This document shows, piece after piece, positions 17,055-28,065 of a DNA stretch of 64,000 nt. Origin of the DNA: a virus; IMG/VR virus record IMGVR_UViG_3300025096_002712, positions 42,291 through 106,290 of that record; one strand, given 5' to 3'. The first letter of the stretch is position 1. Each line of letters begins with the position of its first letter. The position numbers were made by a program, and so were the translations under genes. Under the pieces are notes generated by a model. That model did not search any database. It was not told the origin of the DNA and saw only the letters and a program-made list of their open reading frames with translations.

Positions 17055-18536
17055 TTGAAACCAAAACTCGCTATAATAGTACCATATCGAGATAGGGAAG
17101 AACATTTAGCTCTATTTGTGCCTCATATGGACAAGTTTTTGTCCGATAGGGAAATTCCATACAAGATATTTGTTGTAGAACAAGGGAATGATAGGGCCTT
17201 TAATCGTGGTTGGTTAATAAATGTTGGTTATTCAATAGCAAAAGAACAAGGATTTGATTATTTTTGTTTTCACGATATTGATATGCTTCCAGAGGATAAT
17301 TCTTGTGATTATTCTTGGGTAGATAAACCAACACATTTGGCCGCACGGTTAAGTAAGTTTAAATATCGTTTAGTCTATCCTGAATATATGGGTGGTGTTA
17401 CTCTAATGAATAGAGAACATTTTGAATGGATTAATGGATTTTCTAACAACTATTGGGGATGGGGATTTGAAGATGATGATTTACTTTATCGTTGTAGAAC
17501 CCGTGGAGTGCCCTTAGAAGAACAGAGAACCTTTAAGGCAAAAGATAAAAATCCACTTTATACAAATTGTATGGAGTTTAATGGACGAGATTATCTTGAA
17601 ATAAAGAATAGCCTTTCATTAAACAAAGTTGTTAATTCGTCTTTTTCAGTTGAAGCCTGGGTAGAACCATATGGAGATTTAAAACTTGACCCGAATAAAG
17701 AATATGATGAGTTTCATGTCTTTACTCGTCCAGGTCATCACGTTGGAATTGCATATACAAGTGGATTGCAATACAAAGGTGCAATTTGGACAGAAGATGG
17801 TAGTCAACCTATGGTTATTTCTGATAGGCGTTCTGGTGAATGGGTTCATGTTATTTATACAGTTGATACATTGTTAAAAAGATTGAGAATGTATGTGAAT
17901 GGTGTAGAAACAGCTGAATCACCAACAGATTATTTGGGTAAACTTAAAGAGGCAAACAATGTTCCATATTATATTGGATGTGCAAATCCAATGGCAAGGT
18001 TCAACGATAGGGGTTACTTTATAGGTAATGTCGCTCAAGTTGCAATGTGGTCAACTTGTTTAGAATCGAGTGAAGTAGAACATCTATACAATGAAGGTCG
18101 ACCATATAATGTTACAGAGGATCAAAAATTTGACGGATGGAAATCTGGAAAAGAAACCTATAAATCAGCAAATAAAGTTGTTGGATATTGGGACTTTGAA
18201 AATATAGTCGGTGATATGGCTCTTGACAAAAGTGGAAATGATAATCACGCTAAAATAATAGGGGCGATAAAGAAAGAAAAGGAATTACGGATAGGTAGTA
18301 GTGCATTAGTACCTAATAGACGAGATGGAAGATTTACTTGTTTAGAACATGAAGAAAATGGTTGGGGACAAAGTAAGTTCACACATTGGGAAACGCGAGA
18401 AAACCAATTACGATTTTTTAATAGAGTGAGAAGTGGATTAACCGACATTAAAGATGATGGTTTGAGTTCATTATCATATGAAGTTATACATAAAGAAACA
18501 TTTTTGGATGATCACGAGTTTATATCAGTAACATGA
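17055..18536 (+). CDS. GT7 with inserted LamG domain
   Basis: AIIVPYRDREEHL; FNRGWLINVG; FHDIDMLP; INGFSNNYWGWGFEDDD; LamG insert; GRFTCLEH...DGLSSLSY. Confidence 0.9.
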   Translation: MKPKLAIIVPYRDREEHLALFVPHMDKFLSDREIPYKIFVVEQGNDRAFNRGWLINVGYSIAKEQGFDYFCFHDIDMLPEDNSCDYSWVDKPTHLAARLSKFKYRLVYPEYMGGVTLMNREHFEWINGFSNNYWGWGFEDDDLLYRCRTRGVPLEEQRTFKAKDKNPLYTNCMEFNGRDYLEIKNSLSLNKVVNSSFSVEAWVEPYGDLKLDPNKEYDEFHVFTRPGHHVGIAYTSGLQYKGAIWTEDGSQPMVISDRRSGEWVHVIYTVDTLLKRLRMYVNGVETAESPTDYLGKLKEANNVPYYIGCANPMARFNDRGYFIGNVAQVAMWSTCLESSEVEHLYNEGRPYNVTEDQKFDGWKSGKETYKSANKVVGYWDFENIVGDMALDKSGNDNHAKIIGAIKKEKELRIGSSALVPNRRDGRFTCLEHEENGWGQSKFTHWETRENQLRFFNRVRSGLTDIKDDGLSSLSYEVIHKETFLDDHEFISVT

Positions 18537-20035
18537 GTAAGAAATTAGCAATATGTGTCCCACATTACAAAAGGGAAGAACATCTTAAAAAGTTTGTTCC
18601 ACATATGGATGAGTTTTTTAAAGATAAAGACATAGAATATAAAATATTTGTGGCCAATCAAGTTTATCCTGATTCGGTTAGTGGATTTAACAGAGGAACA
18701 TCTAAGAATGTTGCTTTTGATGTTGCACAAAAGGAAGGTTATGATTATTTCTGTTTTCACGACATAGATATGTTACCTGAAGATGATACTTGTGATTATT
18801 CTTATCCTGATAAAGTGGAACATTTAGCAGTTCATGTGGCACAATTTGATTACGGATTAAAATACCAAGAATATTTTGGTGGTTCTATTTTGTTTACCAA
18901 AGAACATTATGAAAAAATAAATGGATATTCTAATGGATACTTTAATTGGGGAATGGAAGATGATGATTTATTTTACAGAACCAAGAAAAAGGGATTGGCA
19001 GAAGAAACATTTATGAATCACGAATCAGATGAACCACGAAGTTTTTTAAGATTTAATGGTTTAAGTGATTATGTAAAAATAAGTCCAAATGATTCTATAC
19101 GAGAAATTACAAGTGGTAATTTCACGATGTCAGTTCTTGTTCGTGCTGAAGATAGATTTGATATACCAAAGTATTTGATTGGTGATATAGAAAATAGACA
19201 ATTTATTCATCAATATATTTTTGGACGACCAAGTTTTCAAATGGGATTAGGTTGGGATAATTCAGATGCATATTCATTTGGATTGTTTAACCAAAAGAAC
19301 AATCATTCTTATATGTGGATAAAAAGGCATCCCGATGTTTGGACTCATTTAATGGTTACAGTAGATGTTGATGAAAATGAAATGAGATTTTACCTAAATG
19401 GTAGAGAATCCGATTCACGATTTGGACATGGTTCACAATCACCATTAGGATTTGAATCACCATTAAAGAGATATGGTGGGAATCCATTTTATTTAGGAGT
19501 TGGTGATCCTAATAAAGAAGAATCTAATTTCTTTGCAGGTGATATTGCACAAGTATGTATTTGGAATAAAGTTTTTGATGAAGATAGAATTGAAGAATAC
19601 TATTCTACTGATTATCCGTTTGATGGAAATGATGTACAATTATATTATGATTTTTCAAAAATACAAGATGAGATAGTTTATGATTTAAGTGGTAATGGGA
19701 ATCATGGTGTATTAAATGGATGTTCAGTTGGATCAGAACCTATTAGTAAAATACAACATACAACATTACCATACAGAAGTAGACCAGGCAGATTCTTTTC
19801 ACAAGAACATAAACGAAATGATATGGTAGGTGGAAAATGGGTACATCAAAAAGATACAAGTGTGAATGAAAAACGATTTGTAGAGGAAGTTCAAGGTGGT
19901 TTAATTAGTATAGATGAAGATGGACTTACAGATTTAAATTATAGTATTGTAAGAAAAGAAAAGTTATTCGGAACTTATCATGAAATAATAGATTTCAGAT
20001 GTGAACAAGATATACCAGACCATGTAGAGTTTTAA
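18533..20035 (+). CDS. GT7 with inserted LamG domain
   Basis: AICVPHYKREEHL; FHDIDMLP; YFGG; INGYSNGYFNWGMEDDD; LamG insert; GRFFSQEH...DGLTDLNY. Confidence 0.88.
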   Translation: MSKKLAICVPHYKREEHLKKFVPHMDEFFKDKDIEYKIFVANQVYPDSVSGFNRGTSKNVAFDVAQKEGYDYFCFHDIDMLPEDDTCDYSYPDKVEHLAVHVAQFDYGLKYQEYFGGSILFTKEHYEKINGYSNGYFNWGMEDDDLFYRTKKKGLAEETFMNHESDEPRSFLRFNGLSDYVKISPNDSIREITSGNFTMSVLVRAEDRFDIPKYLIGDIENRQFIHQYIFGRPSFQMGLGWDNSDAYSFGLFNQKNNHSYMWIKRHPDVWTHLMVTVDVDENEMRFYLNGRESDSRFGHGSQSPLGFESPLKRYGGNPFYLGVGDPNKEESNFFAGDIAQVCIWNKVFDEDRIEEYYSTDYPFDGNDVQLYYDFSKIQDEIVYDLSGNGNHGVLNGCSVGSEPISKIQHTTLPYRSRPGRFFSQEHKRNDMVGGKWVHQKDTSVNEKRFVEEVQGGLISIDEDGLTDLNYSIVRKEKLFGTYHEIIDFRCEQDIPDHVEF

Positions 20036-21825
20036 TGAAACCAAACAAAGATTTACTTATTTCCATAACAAAGGGTAATGCTACCAAAGAAGAATACTCT
20101 GCTTATCAAAAAGAAAAACAAAGAAATAGTGATGATTTAAAAATTGATTTAACTACTTCTGTAATGGATAGAGAAAACTTTCATGGTGCTAAAAATGTCA
20201 AAGAAAATATTTCTACTCATACAGTTAAGTCTGAAGTTATAAAAAACATTGGAAAACAGGATATATTAGTTACTCAAGTTCCTAATCTAAATGAAGCTGG
20301 ATTTTTTGCAGGAATGGCAAATCTAATATCATATATTAGAGAAGAGGAAAAGGATATTAAAATAAAAGGATTTGATCCTTGTACTGATTATTTTTTCTCA
20401 AATGACATTGATTTAAAATCTAATTTCTTTGCTGACTTTAATACTTACGCCAAACAAGGAACTGTTGATCTTAGCAAATACGAAGAATTAAATGAAATTA
20501 TAAAGATATTTGAAAAATATATTAAATCTGTAGAACCTAAATTTATCGGGTTTGGTTTAATTGATGGTAATATTGATGCTTCACTATTTTTTGCAGAACA
20601 TCTTAAATCGATATTTCCAAACATTAAAATTATATTAGGTGGGTGTGGTGTTGGTTTGTTGGGAAGAAATGAAGATAATTTGAATTTGAGTGTTGCATCA
20701 AATCAATGTTATGATATAAAAAAGTATTGGTTTATTGATTATATTATTAATGGAGATGGTGAAAAAACCTTGATAGAGTTATTTTATTCTAATTTTAAAA
20801 ATTTAGAAAAAATAAAAGGGTTAGTTTGGAAAAAAAATGGTAAGAAATGGGTTATTAATCAAAAAAGGGATTTTACAGATTTAAATGTTTCCCCATCACC
20901 AGATTATAGTGATTTTCTTGAAAATCCATATTATAAAAAGTTTTATGATATAGCCATACCATTGACATTTTCAAGGGGATGTAATTTTAGATGTACTTTT
21001 TGTTCAGTTCCTACTTTTGTTCCAATATATAGACATAGACCAATAGAAAAATGTTTAGATGAAATAGGACATTGGATTGATTTACATAAAGAAAAATTTG
21101 AAGAAGTTGATTGGTATCGTGTTGGTATGTTGGCACATGATTCTATAATGAATGGAAATCCTAAATGGTTATCGGATTTGTGTAATGGTATAATTGAAAG
21201 GGGATATGGTGATAAAATAACCTGGGGTGGTAATATTAGACTTATGAAACCGTTGGCAGATATTGATACATTAAGGTTATATAGTCGTGCCGGAATAGAA
21301 TATATGGTAACAGGTATGGAATCTGCTTCTGAAAGTGTTTTAAAACACATGAAGAAAAATAAGAATATGAAAATAGTAAGGAAAATATTTGAAAATATTA
21401 GACAGATTAATAAAGAGGCGGGTAATAAAGAAAATGATAAAATAAGAGTTCAATTACAATTGATTGTTGGTTATTTAAACGAGTCAGAAGAAGATTTTCA
21501 AATGACACTTGATTTTATAGAAGAATTTCATGATGTGATATATGAAATATTAACTTGTTCTGTTTTTTCAATATGGTATCCGTTGAAGGCCCAATGGGAA
21601 TCAGAGGGAGAATATTTAAAATATTATAGTCCAGTTGTTTGGGATACTAAGTATAATACTACTGCAGACAGAATAGAAAGGATTGATAGGATAGAAAAGT
21701 TATTTGATAAACTTGGACTACAATATAATACATATCATCGAGGTCTCATGTTAGAAGAATATGAGAACTACCAAAGATTGACCAAACCCAAGTATATTAA
21801 ATATACGATAGAAGATAAGGGTTAA
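20035..21825 (+). CDS. Cobalamin-binding radical SAM protein
   Basis: IILGG...DYIINGDGE B12-binding signature; SRGCNFRCTFC; GMESASESVLKHMKK. Confidence 0.85.
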   Translation: MKPNKDLLISITKGNATKEEYSAYQKEKQRNSDDLKIDLTTSVMDRENFHGAKNVKENISTHTVKSEVIKNIGKQDILVTQVPNLNEAGFFAGMANLISYIREEEKDIKIKGFDPCTDYFFSNDIDLKSNFFADFNTYAKQGTVDLSKYEELNEIIKIFEKYIKSVEPKFIGFGLIDGNIDASLFFAEHLKSIFPNIKIILGGCGVGLLGRNEDNLNLSVASNQCYDIKKYWFIDYIINGDGEKTLIELFYSNFKNLEKIKGLVWKKNGKKWVINQKRDFTDLNVSPSPDYSDFLENPYYKKFYDIAIPLTFSRGCNFRCTFCSVPTFVPIYRHRPIEKCLDEIGHWIDLHKEKFEEVDWYRVGMLAHDSIMNGNPKWLSDLCNGIIERGYGDKITWGGNIRLMKPLADIDTLRLYSRAGIEYMVTGMESASESVLKHMKKNKNMKIVRKIFENIRQINKEAGNKENDKIRVQLQLIVGYLNESEEDFQMTLDFIEEFHDVIYEILTCSVFSIWYPLKAQWESEGEYLKYYSPVVWDTKYNTTADRIERIDRIEKLFDKLGLQYNTYHRGLMLEEYENYQRLTKPKYIKYTIEDKG

Positions 21826-21827
21826 TA

Positions 21828-23117
21828 ATGTTAAGATTTGGTTATGATCAGTGGAATGAAGATACTTGGGAAATAATAGAACCTAATGGTTTAATAGGAC
21901 AAGAAAGAGAACCAGAAACTTTTAAGTTATATTTACCTCCGTGGTGGGGAAGAATTTTTAAGAGATATAATTTTCTATATGAAATTAAATCTTCTAAAGA
22001 ATTAATAAATTCTAATCACCAAGAAAAATGGATATATATGATAGAACCAAATGGAGATCCAAGAGGCTGGTTTGGACAATATACAGATGGAAATCCAAAT
22101 CCAATTAAATCATTGTTGGCTGGTGTTGATGAAAGAACATTACAGAGTTGTAGAGATGATAAATCAGTAATATGTTTGTGGCAACCAAATGAGGGATTTC
22201 CATCAGAATGGATTGGTATTAATGTATTTGAAGAAATATATAAAGAATTAAAGAGAACAAAAATATCACCTAAAAATTTTATATATGTAAGTTCTAATTG
22301 GAAAACTGAAATAGAATATAAAAGATGGAAAGAACAATTAACTAAAGAATTTAATAATAGTGACGATATTTATTTATCTATTTTTAATAATGAAAGATTT
22401 ATAGACTTTCGTAAAAAATGGAAACTTGCACGATTTAATAGTGAGTTAAAAAGAAAAAAACATTTTTTATGTTTTAATAGAGAGTTAAGACCACATAGAA
22501 AATTGTTATTAACAATGTTATTAGAAGAAAATCTTTTAGATTCAGGTATGGTTTCGAGTAAGAAATTTGATAAAGAAACTTTTTTTAGAGTTCCTAAAGA
22601 ACTTTCTATTGGAAGTGGTATGATTAAACGGTTAGAAAAACAGGCCGATAAACTTGTGGAAATGACCCCGTTGGTAGTGGATGTTGAAGAATGGGACACT
22701 AATCATTTTGATACTTCACCATCTTGGGTATATGATGAAACTTATTTTTCTGTAGTTACTACTACTTGGTTTGTAGAGGATACTATATTCTTTGATGAAA
22801 AAATTTGGAAACCTATAGCAAACGAACATCCATTTTTAGTAGTTGGGAATTATAAAGTACTTGAAGAATTGAGGAGACAAGGATTTAAGACATTTCATCC
22901 TTTTATTGATGAATCATATGATTTGGAACAGCATCCGTATAGAAGAATGAAAATGATTATAAAGGAAATTAAAAGATTATCTAATTTTACAATAGAAGAA
23001 ATGAATGGGTGGTATAAACAATTGAAACCAATTGTTGAACATAACAATAAACAATTATATGAACTTGATTCACTAAATGAACTGCTGAAAAAATTTAAGG
23101 ATATTACTGAGAAATAA
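21828..23117 (+). CDS. Putative glycosyltransferase, GT10-like paralogue family (1 of 9)
   Basis: FNR..RPHR...YFSVVT...EKIWKPI...PF...LR..GFKTFHPFIDESYD...EIKRL...HN shared with 8 other ORFs. Confidence 0.5.
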   Translation: MLRFGYDQWNEDTWEIIEPNGLIGQEREPETFKLYLPPWWGRIFKRYNFLYEIKSSKELINSNHQEKWIYMIEPNGDPRGWFGQYTDGNPNPIKSLLAGVDERTLQSCRDDKSVICLWQPNEGFPSEWIGINVFEEIYKELKRTKISPKNFIYVSSNWKTEIEYKRWKEQLTKEFNNSDDIYLSIFNNERFIDFRKKWKLARFNSELKRKKHFLCFNRELRPHRKLLLTMLLEENLLDSGMVSSKKFDKETFFRVPKELSIGSGMIKRLEKQADKLVEMTPLVVDVEEWDTNHFDTSPSWVYDETYFSVVTTTWFVEDTIFFDEKIWKPIANEHPFLVVGNYKVLEELRRQGFKTFHPFIDESYDLEQHPYRRMKMIIKEIKRLSNFTIEEMNGWYKQLKPIVEHNNKQLYELDSLNELLKKFKDITEK

Positions 23118-23136
23118 TATTTATTAGTATGAAAAA
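23117..23136 (+). promoter_or_regulatory. ATATTTATTAGT-ATG motif, identical to 59925-59944
   Basis: Exact 20-nt match upstream of two paralogous B12 radical SAM genes; no SD present. Confidence 0.55.
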
Positions 23137-25099
23137 GAAAAATATATATTTTATAGAAGTTAATTCTGTATATTCTGGAATAGAAAAGAAAATTAAATTG
23201 CCTTATAGTACAGGATTAATTTGGTCTTATTGTTCACAAAATAAAGAGATTAGAGATAATTATGAGTTTGCAGATTGGATATGTCACAGAGATGGTATAG
23301 ATGAAATTTTTGATAGAATTAAAGAACCATCAATAGTTGGGTTTTCTTGTTTTACTTGGAATTGGAAATTTAATAAAATTTTAGCACAAAAAATAAAAGA
23401 TAAATACCCAAATTGTTTAATAGTTTTTGGTGGAAAAGAACCGCCAAATGAACAATGGTTATTACAGAATCCAGAATGGTATAGGGATTATCCATATTTA
23501 GATATTATAGTTCATGGTGAGGGAGAATTAACTTTTGAAGAAATATTACTTGAAACTTTAAAAGATAGGCCAAATTATACAGGAGTTGCAGGATGTTCAT
23601 TGATAACTAATAATGGTCACTTAACAACTTTACCGAGACAGAGATTAACGGATATGAGTAAAACACCATCTCCGTATTTAAGTGGAATGTTTGATGAGAT
23701 TTATGAAAAATATAAAAAAGATGGATTTATATTTTCTGCAGTTCTTGAAACTGCCCGCGGGTGTCCATATTCTTGTACTTTTTGTGAGATAGGTGATTCT
23801 TATTATACCAAAGTAAAACAACAACCATTACAGCAAGTATTTGATGAGATAGAATGGATTGGTTCTCGTGGGATAGATTATATTGATGATGCCAATTCTA
23901 ATTTTGGACTTTACTATGAGAGAGACATGGAAATAGCAAAATGGTTAGTTCATTGTAATGAAAAATATGGAAATCCCAAATTATGGAAAGTAGATTGGGC
24001 AAAGAGTAAAGCAGAAAAGTTATTTGATATTGCTAAAGTTCTTCATGATGGTGGGTTACATAAAGGTATGACTTTAGCAATGCAATCAATGGATGACCAA
24101 GTATTAAAGGCCGTCAAAAGAAAAAATCTTGTTGATGATTCAGATATGCAACGAATTACTAAGATGTATGAGGATGCGGGTATCTCAACTTATATAGAAA
24201 TTATAATTGGTTTACCAGACGAGACATTAGAAAGTTTTAAGAAAGGTTTGTGTAGAACACTTGAAATAGGAGAACACAATCATATTGGGATGTATGTTTT
24301 AGTTGCACTTAGAAATACACCTTTCGGGGACGAAGAATATGTAAAGAAATATGAGTTAAAAACAAAAAGAATATTGGCACCAATAGCGAGATGGGTTGAG
24401 CCTCCTGATGGTATAAGAGAGGAAGCGGATTTGGTTATAGGACATAAAAATTTAACTACATCGGAATGGGTTGATATGTACTTATTTTCGTGGTTAGTTG
24501 CAAGCTGCCACCACATGGGATTTACAGAAATGGTGGTCAGATTTTTGAGAGTTCATTATGATATAAGTTATGAAGAACTTTATAAAAAATTATTTGACTT
24601 TGTTATATCTCATCCAAAAACTATATTAGGAAAAGAGTTATTAGAAGTTAAAAATCATGTTATTAAAATTATTACAGAACCTGAACCTAAAACACAATGG
24701 GGTAGAACTTTGAAAGGATGGAGAGGTTTTGAAAACTTTCAGGGTGAAAAGGAAGAATTGTCATCACTTGTTTTTACAAAAAATAAAGATGTTTTTTATA
24801 GTGAATTTGGTGAGTTTATAAAAAATAACTTTGATATTAATAGGGATGTAATTAATGCATTAATAGATTTTCAAAAAATATCTATGATAGATCCACTTAC
24901 CTATTATCCTATAAAGACAGATGTTAAATATAATTTTATTGATGTAATACATAAAAATAAAAAATTGAAAATGGGGAAATATAAAGTTGAGTTAGATGCA
25001 AATAATTATGGTGGTGATTATTTTGAATATGGAACAGCATTATATTATACAAGAAGATTGGGGGCAGGTAGAACAAGAGTAAAGGATTATGCACAGTAG
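23129..25099 (+). CDS. Cobalamin-binding radical SAM protein (LPYSTG subfamily)
   Basis: KLPYSTGLIW; IVFGG; HGEGE; ETARGCPYSCTFC; DANSNFG. Confidence 0.88.
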   Translation: MKKKNIYFIEVNSVYSGIEKKIKLPYSTGLIWSYCSQNKEIRDNYEFADWICHRDGIDEIFDRIKEPSIVGFSCFTWNWKFNKILAQKIKDKYPNCLIVFGGKEPPNEQWLLQNPEWYRDYPYLDIIVHGEGELTFEEILLETLKDRPNYTGVAGCSLITNNGHLTTLPRQRLTDMSKTPSPYLSGMFDEIYEKYKKDGFIFSAVLETARGCPYSCTFCEIGDSYYTKVKQQPLQQVFDEIEWIGSRGIDYIDDANSNFGLYYERDMEIAKWLVHCNEKYGNPKLWKVDWAKSKAEKLFDIAKVLHDGGLHKGMTLAMQSMDDQVLKAVKRKNLVDDSDMQRITKMYEDAGISTYIEIIIGLPDETLESFKKGLCRTLEIGEHNHIGMYVLVALRNTPFGDEEYVKKYELKTKRILAPIARWVEPPDGIREEADLVIGHKNLTTSEWVDMYLFSWLVASCHHMGFTEMVVRFLRVHYDISYEELYKKLFDFVISHPKTILGKELLEVKNHVIKIITEPEPKTQWGRTLKGWRGFENFQGEKEELSSLVFTKNKDVFYSEFGEFIKNNFDINRDVINALIDFQKISMIDPLTYYPIKTDVKYNFIDVIHKNKKLKMGKYKVELDANNYGGDYFEYGTALYYTRRLGAGRTRVKDYAQ

Positions 25100-25808
25100 T
25101 GAAATATTAGACTTTTATAATACGAATGGTTTTTATGTTGAAAGGTTATTTTCTCGTAGTGAAATGGATAAGTACAGAGAAGAATCTGGTAGATTATTAG
25201 AACTTAGGGGAGAGGATGCTCGTCCATATGCATATCCACACGAAGATTCTAAATTATTTGATGATTTGTGGAAACATCCAAGAACTTTAGAAATACTAAA
25301 ATTATTGATTGGTGGTGATGTGAGTGGATTACAGACCTGGATGTACTTTAAACCACCAGGTGAACTTGGTAGAGACATACACCAAAATATATTTTATACT
25401 CATACCAACAAAGGTGATATAATTAATGCCTCTTTGGCAATAGATGATGCTGATAGAGAAAATGGATGTTTGTATGCATATATAGGGTCCCATAAGGAGT
25501 GGTGTTTACCAATAGAAAAGGATGTAGAACGAATGAAAACAAATCCAGATGATTGGAGAAATGAAAGAGGTAAACCTTGTGTGATTCCTGGTGAATGGGT
25601 TGATGGAGTTTGGACGGAAAAATATGAAAAAAGGTATTTACCAATTAATAGTGGGGAGATAATATTTTTACATTCTCATGTACTTCACGGGTCAGATGAT
25701 AATAATTCAAAGGACAAATGGAGAAGATCATTTCTTTGTGGTTATCTAAGAGAAGGGGCACATTTTAATTCAGGTGGTCAGATGAAACGTGTTGGTTTGT
25801 CGTTTTAA
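25089..25808 (+). CDS. PhyH-family 2OG-Fe(II) dioxygenase
   Basis: FYNTNGF; KPPG...HQN; AIDDADRENGCL; GSHK; HSHVLHGS...R. Confidence 0.85.
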   Translation: MHSSEILDFYNTNGFYVERLFSRSEMDKYREESGRLLELRGEDARPYAYPHEDSKLFDDLWKHPRTLEILKLLIGGDVSGLQTWMYFKPPGELGRDIHQNIFYTHTNKGDIINASLAIDDADRENGCLYAYIGSHKEWCLPIEKDVERMKTNPDDWRNERGKPCVIPGEWVDGVWTEKYEKRYLPINSGEIIFLHSHVLHGSDDNNSKDKWRRSFLCGYLREGAHFNSGGQMKRVGLSF

Positions 25809-25819
25809 AAGGAGTTGGA

Positions 25820-26779
25820 ATGATAAAACTTTATTATGATGATCCTTCAGGATGTGATAGAAATGGAGTAGAGTTGTGGCGTTATGTCGGTACAAAAAAC
25901 GGAGATAAAGAAAACAGATTATCACCAAAAGAAATGAAAGATGCTATTACTAAAGATAATTTTAAGTTGGTAGTTGCATCTACAGATGGTATGGCAAGTA
26001 GATTAAAAACTTGGGCTTCTGCATTAAGAATAGATTCAAATCCAAAAGTTTTTTGGTGGTTAAAATCTGCACTAAAAGAACATAAGTTTATTGAGTTATT
26101 TAAAGATAGTGAAATGGAAGTACAAACTCTACCACCAGATTTTGATTTTATTTTATATAGTGATGGATTCTTGTTGATATTACCAGAAGATGAACTTCCA
26201 ATGGATTTTACTAATGATAAATTATTTCAAAGAAGAAACGGATTTTATAATACAGATACCAAACAGAGAATAGATTGGGAGTTTGATAGAATACCAAGTC
26301 ATCTTAAAGAAGAATATTCAAAAATGTTTTCAATAATAAAATCTCAAGTTAGAGATGATATTATATTAGAAGTGGATAATTTTTCTGAAAAGTTTAATGA
26401 TAAAACTATTTCGATTCATATCAGAAGTGGAACTGGACATCCAATTGAAGGGATAGCACAAGAAGAAAGACGGGCATTTAAATTGGATGAAACTATAAAA
26501 GTAATGGAATCGTATACAGATGATTATACATTTTTTGTTTCAACGGATGAATATATTGAACAAGGAAATAATAATATTTTAAGTACATTACGAGAAAAAT
26601 TCGGTGATAGAATTTTATATCATAAAAAAGATTCATTGAGTGTTAGGGGGTCGTTAATAGATTTATTGTTACTATCAAAAAACACAACAATTATTGGTAC
26701 ATATTTTAGTAGCTTTACTGAGGTTTCGTGGTGGTTAGGTGGAGCCAAGGCTAAAGTAATTTTTCCAGGATGGGAATAG
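25820..26779 (+). CDS. NodZ/GT11/GT23-like fucosyltransferase-fold protein
   Basis: DGMASRL; SIHIRSG; FFVSTD; DLLLLS...IGTYFSSFT. Confidence 0.7.
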   Translation: MIKLYYDDPSGCDRNGVELWRYVGTKNGDKENRLSPKEMKDAITKDNFKLVVASTDGMASRLKTWASALRIDSNPKVFWWLKSALKEHKFIELFKDSEMEVQTLPPDFDFILYSDGFLLILPEDELPMDFTNDKLFQRRNGFYNTDTKQRIDWEFDRIPSHLKEEYSKMFSIIKSQVRDDIILEVDNFSEKFNDKTISIHIRSGTGHPIEGIAQEERRAFKLDETIKVMESYTDDYTFFVSTDEYIEQGNNNILSTLREKFGDRILYHKKDSLSVRGSLIDLLLLSKNTTIIGTYFSSFTEVSWWLGGAKAKVIFPGWE

Positions 26780-26787
26780 GAGTTGAT

Positions 26788-28065
26788 ATGAATATAGGAT
26801 TTATAGGATTGGGTAAACTTGGTTTACCTTGTGCATTAGCGATAGAATCGAGAGGTCATAAAGTAGTTGGTTATGATCCTTCTGAACAAGTTAAAGATAT
26901 TATTGGTACGAAGAAATTACAATATCAAGAAATATGGGCACAAGAACATTTAGATAAAAGTAAGATAGAGATAAAATCAATACAAGATGTTGTTAGTGAA
27001 TCTGATATCATTTTTGTTCCAATTCAGACACCACATGGAAAGGAGTTCGAAGGAACTACACGAATACCAGATGAGAGAAAAGATTTTGATTATTCGCATT
27101 TGATACGGGGTATTAAAGATTTAGAAATCGAGATGTGGTATCAACAAACAAGAAAAGTTGTTATTATTATTTCTACGGTTTTACCTGGTACAATTCGTAA
27201 AGAAATTAAACCACTTATAGACCATAATCCATATTTTAAATTATGTTATAATCCATTCTTTATAGCTATGGGAACTACTATGAGAGATTTTTTACATCCT
27301 GAGTTTATATTGTTTGGTCAAGATGATGATTGGGCACTAAAAACTGCAAAGAAGTTTTACAAAACAATAACACATGCTCCTGTATTTGAAACCACAATAG
27401 AAAATGCAGAATTAATTAAAGTGTGTTACAATACTTTTATTTCTACAAAATTATCTTTTACCAATACTGTTATGGAGATGTGTCATAAATTACCAAATAC
27501 TAATTGTGATGATGTTATGAATGCACTTGCACTTGGTAGTAAAAGAATACTTGCAGAATCATATTGGTCTGGTGGTATGGGTGATGGTGGTGGTTGTCAT
27601 CCAAGAGATAATATAGCATTGAGTTGGTTATCTAAAGAGTTGGATTTATCTCACGACTGGTTTGATAATATAATGATGCAGCGAGAAAAACAAACTGATT
27701 GGTTGGCAAATTTAATAGAGGAAACTTCTTTTAAATATAAAGGTTGTTCTGATGGTTATCCAATTAAAATACTTGGGAAATCTTTTAAACCTGAGACCAA
27801 TATTACAACAGGTAGTCCATCTATTTTATTGAAAAATATTTTAGAAGAAAGGGGACACGAGGTTGATATGTGGGATCCGTATGTTGATGATAGTGAGAAT
27901 GAGTCTCAACAAGAAGCACAAATATATTTTATTGGAACTAAACATCCCGATTTTACTTTTTATGAATACAATCAAGGTTCTATTATAATTGATCCTTGGC
28001 GATATATACCCAAACAAGATAATTGTGTGATTATTCATATAGGAGATAATTTAGGTGAAATATGA
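26788..28065 (+). CDS. ugd: UDP-glucose/GDP-mannose 6-dehydrogenase family protein
   Basis: IGFIGLGKLG; STVLPGT; AELIK...N; GGGCHPRD catalytic Cys; SFKPET. Start moved to ATG 26788 after SD AGGAG. Confidence 0.9.
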   Translation: MNIGFIGLGKLGLPCALAIESRGHKVVGYDPSEQVKDIIGTKKLQYQEIWAQEHLDKSKIEIKSIQDVVSESDIIFVPIQTPHGKEFEGTTRIPDERKDFDYSHLIRGIKDLEIEMWYQQTRKVVIIISTVLPGTIRKEIKPLIDHNPYFKLCYNPFFIAMGTTMRDFLHPEFILFGQDDDWALKTAKKFYKTITHAPVFETTIENAELIKVCYNTFISTKLSFTNTVMEMCHKLPNTNCDDVMNALALGSKRILAESYWSGGMGDGGGCHPRDNIALSWLSKELDLSHDWFDNIMMQREKQTDWLANLIEETSFKYKGCSDGYPIKILGKSFKPETNITTGSPSILLKNILEERGHEVDMWDPYVDDSENESQQEAQIYFIGTKHPDFTFYEYNQGSIIIDPWRYIPKQDNCVIIHIGDNLGEI

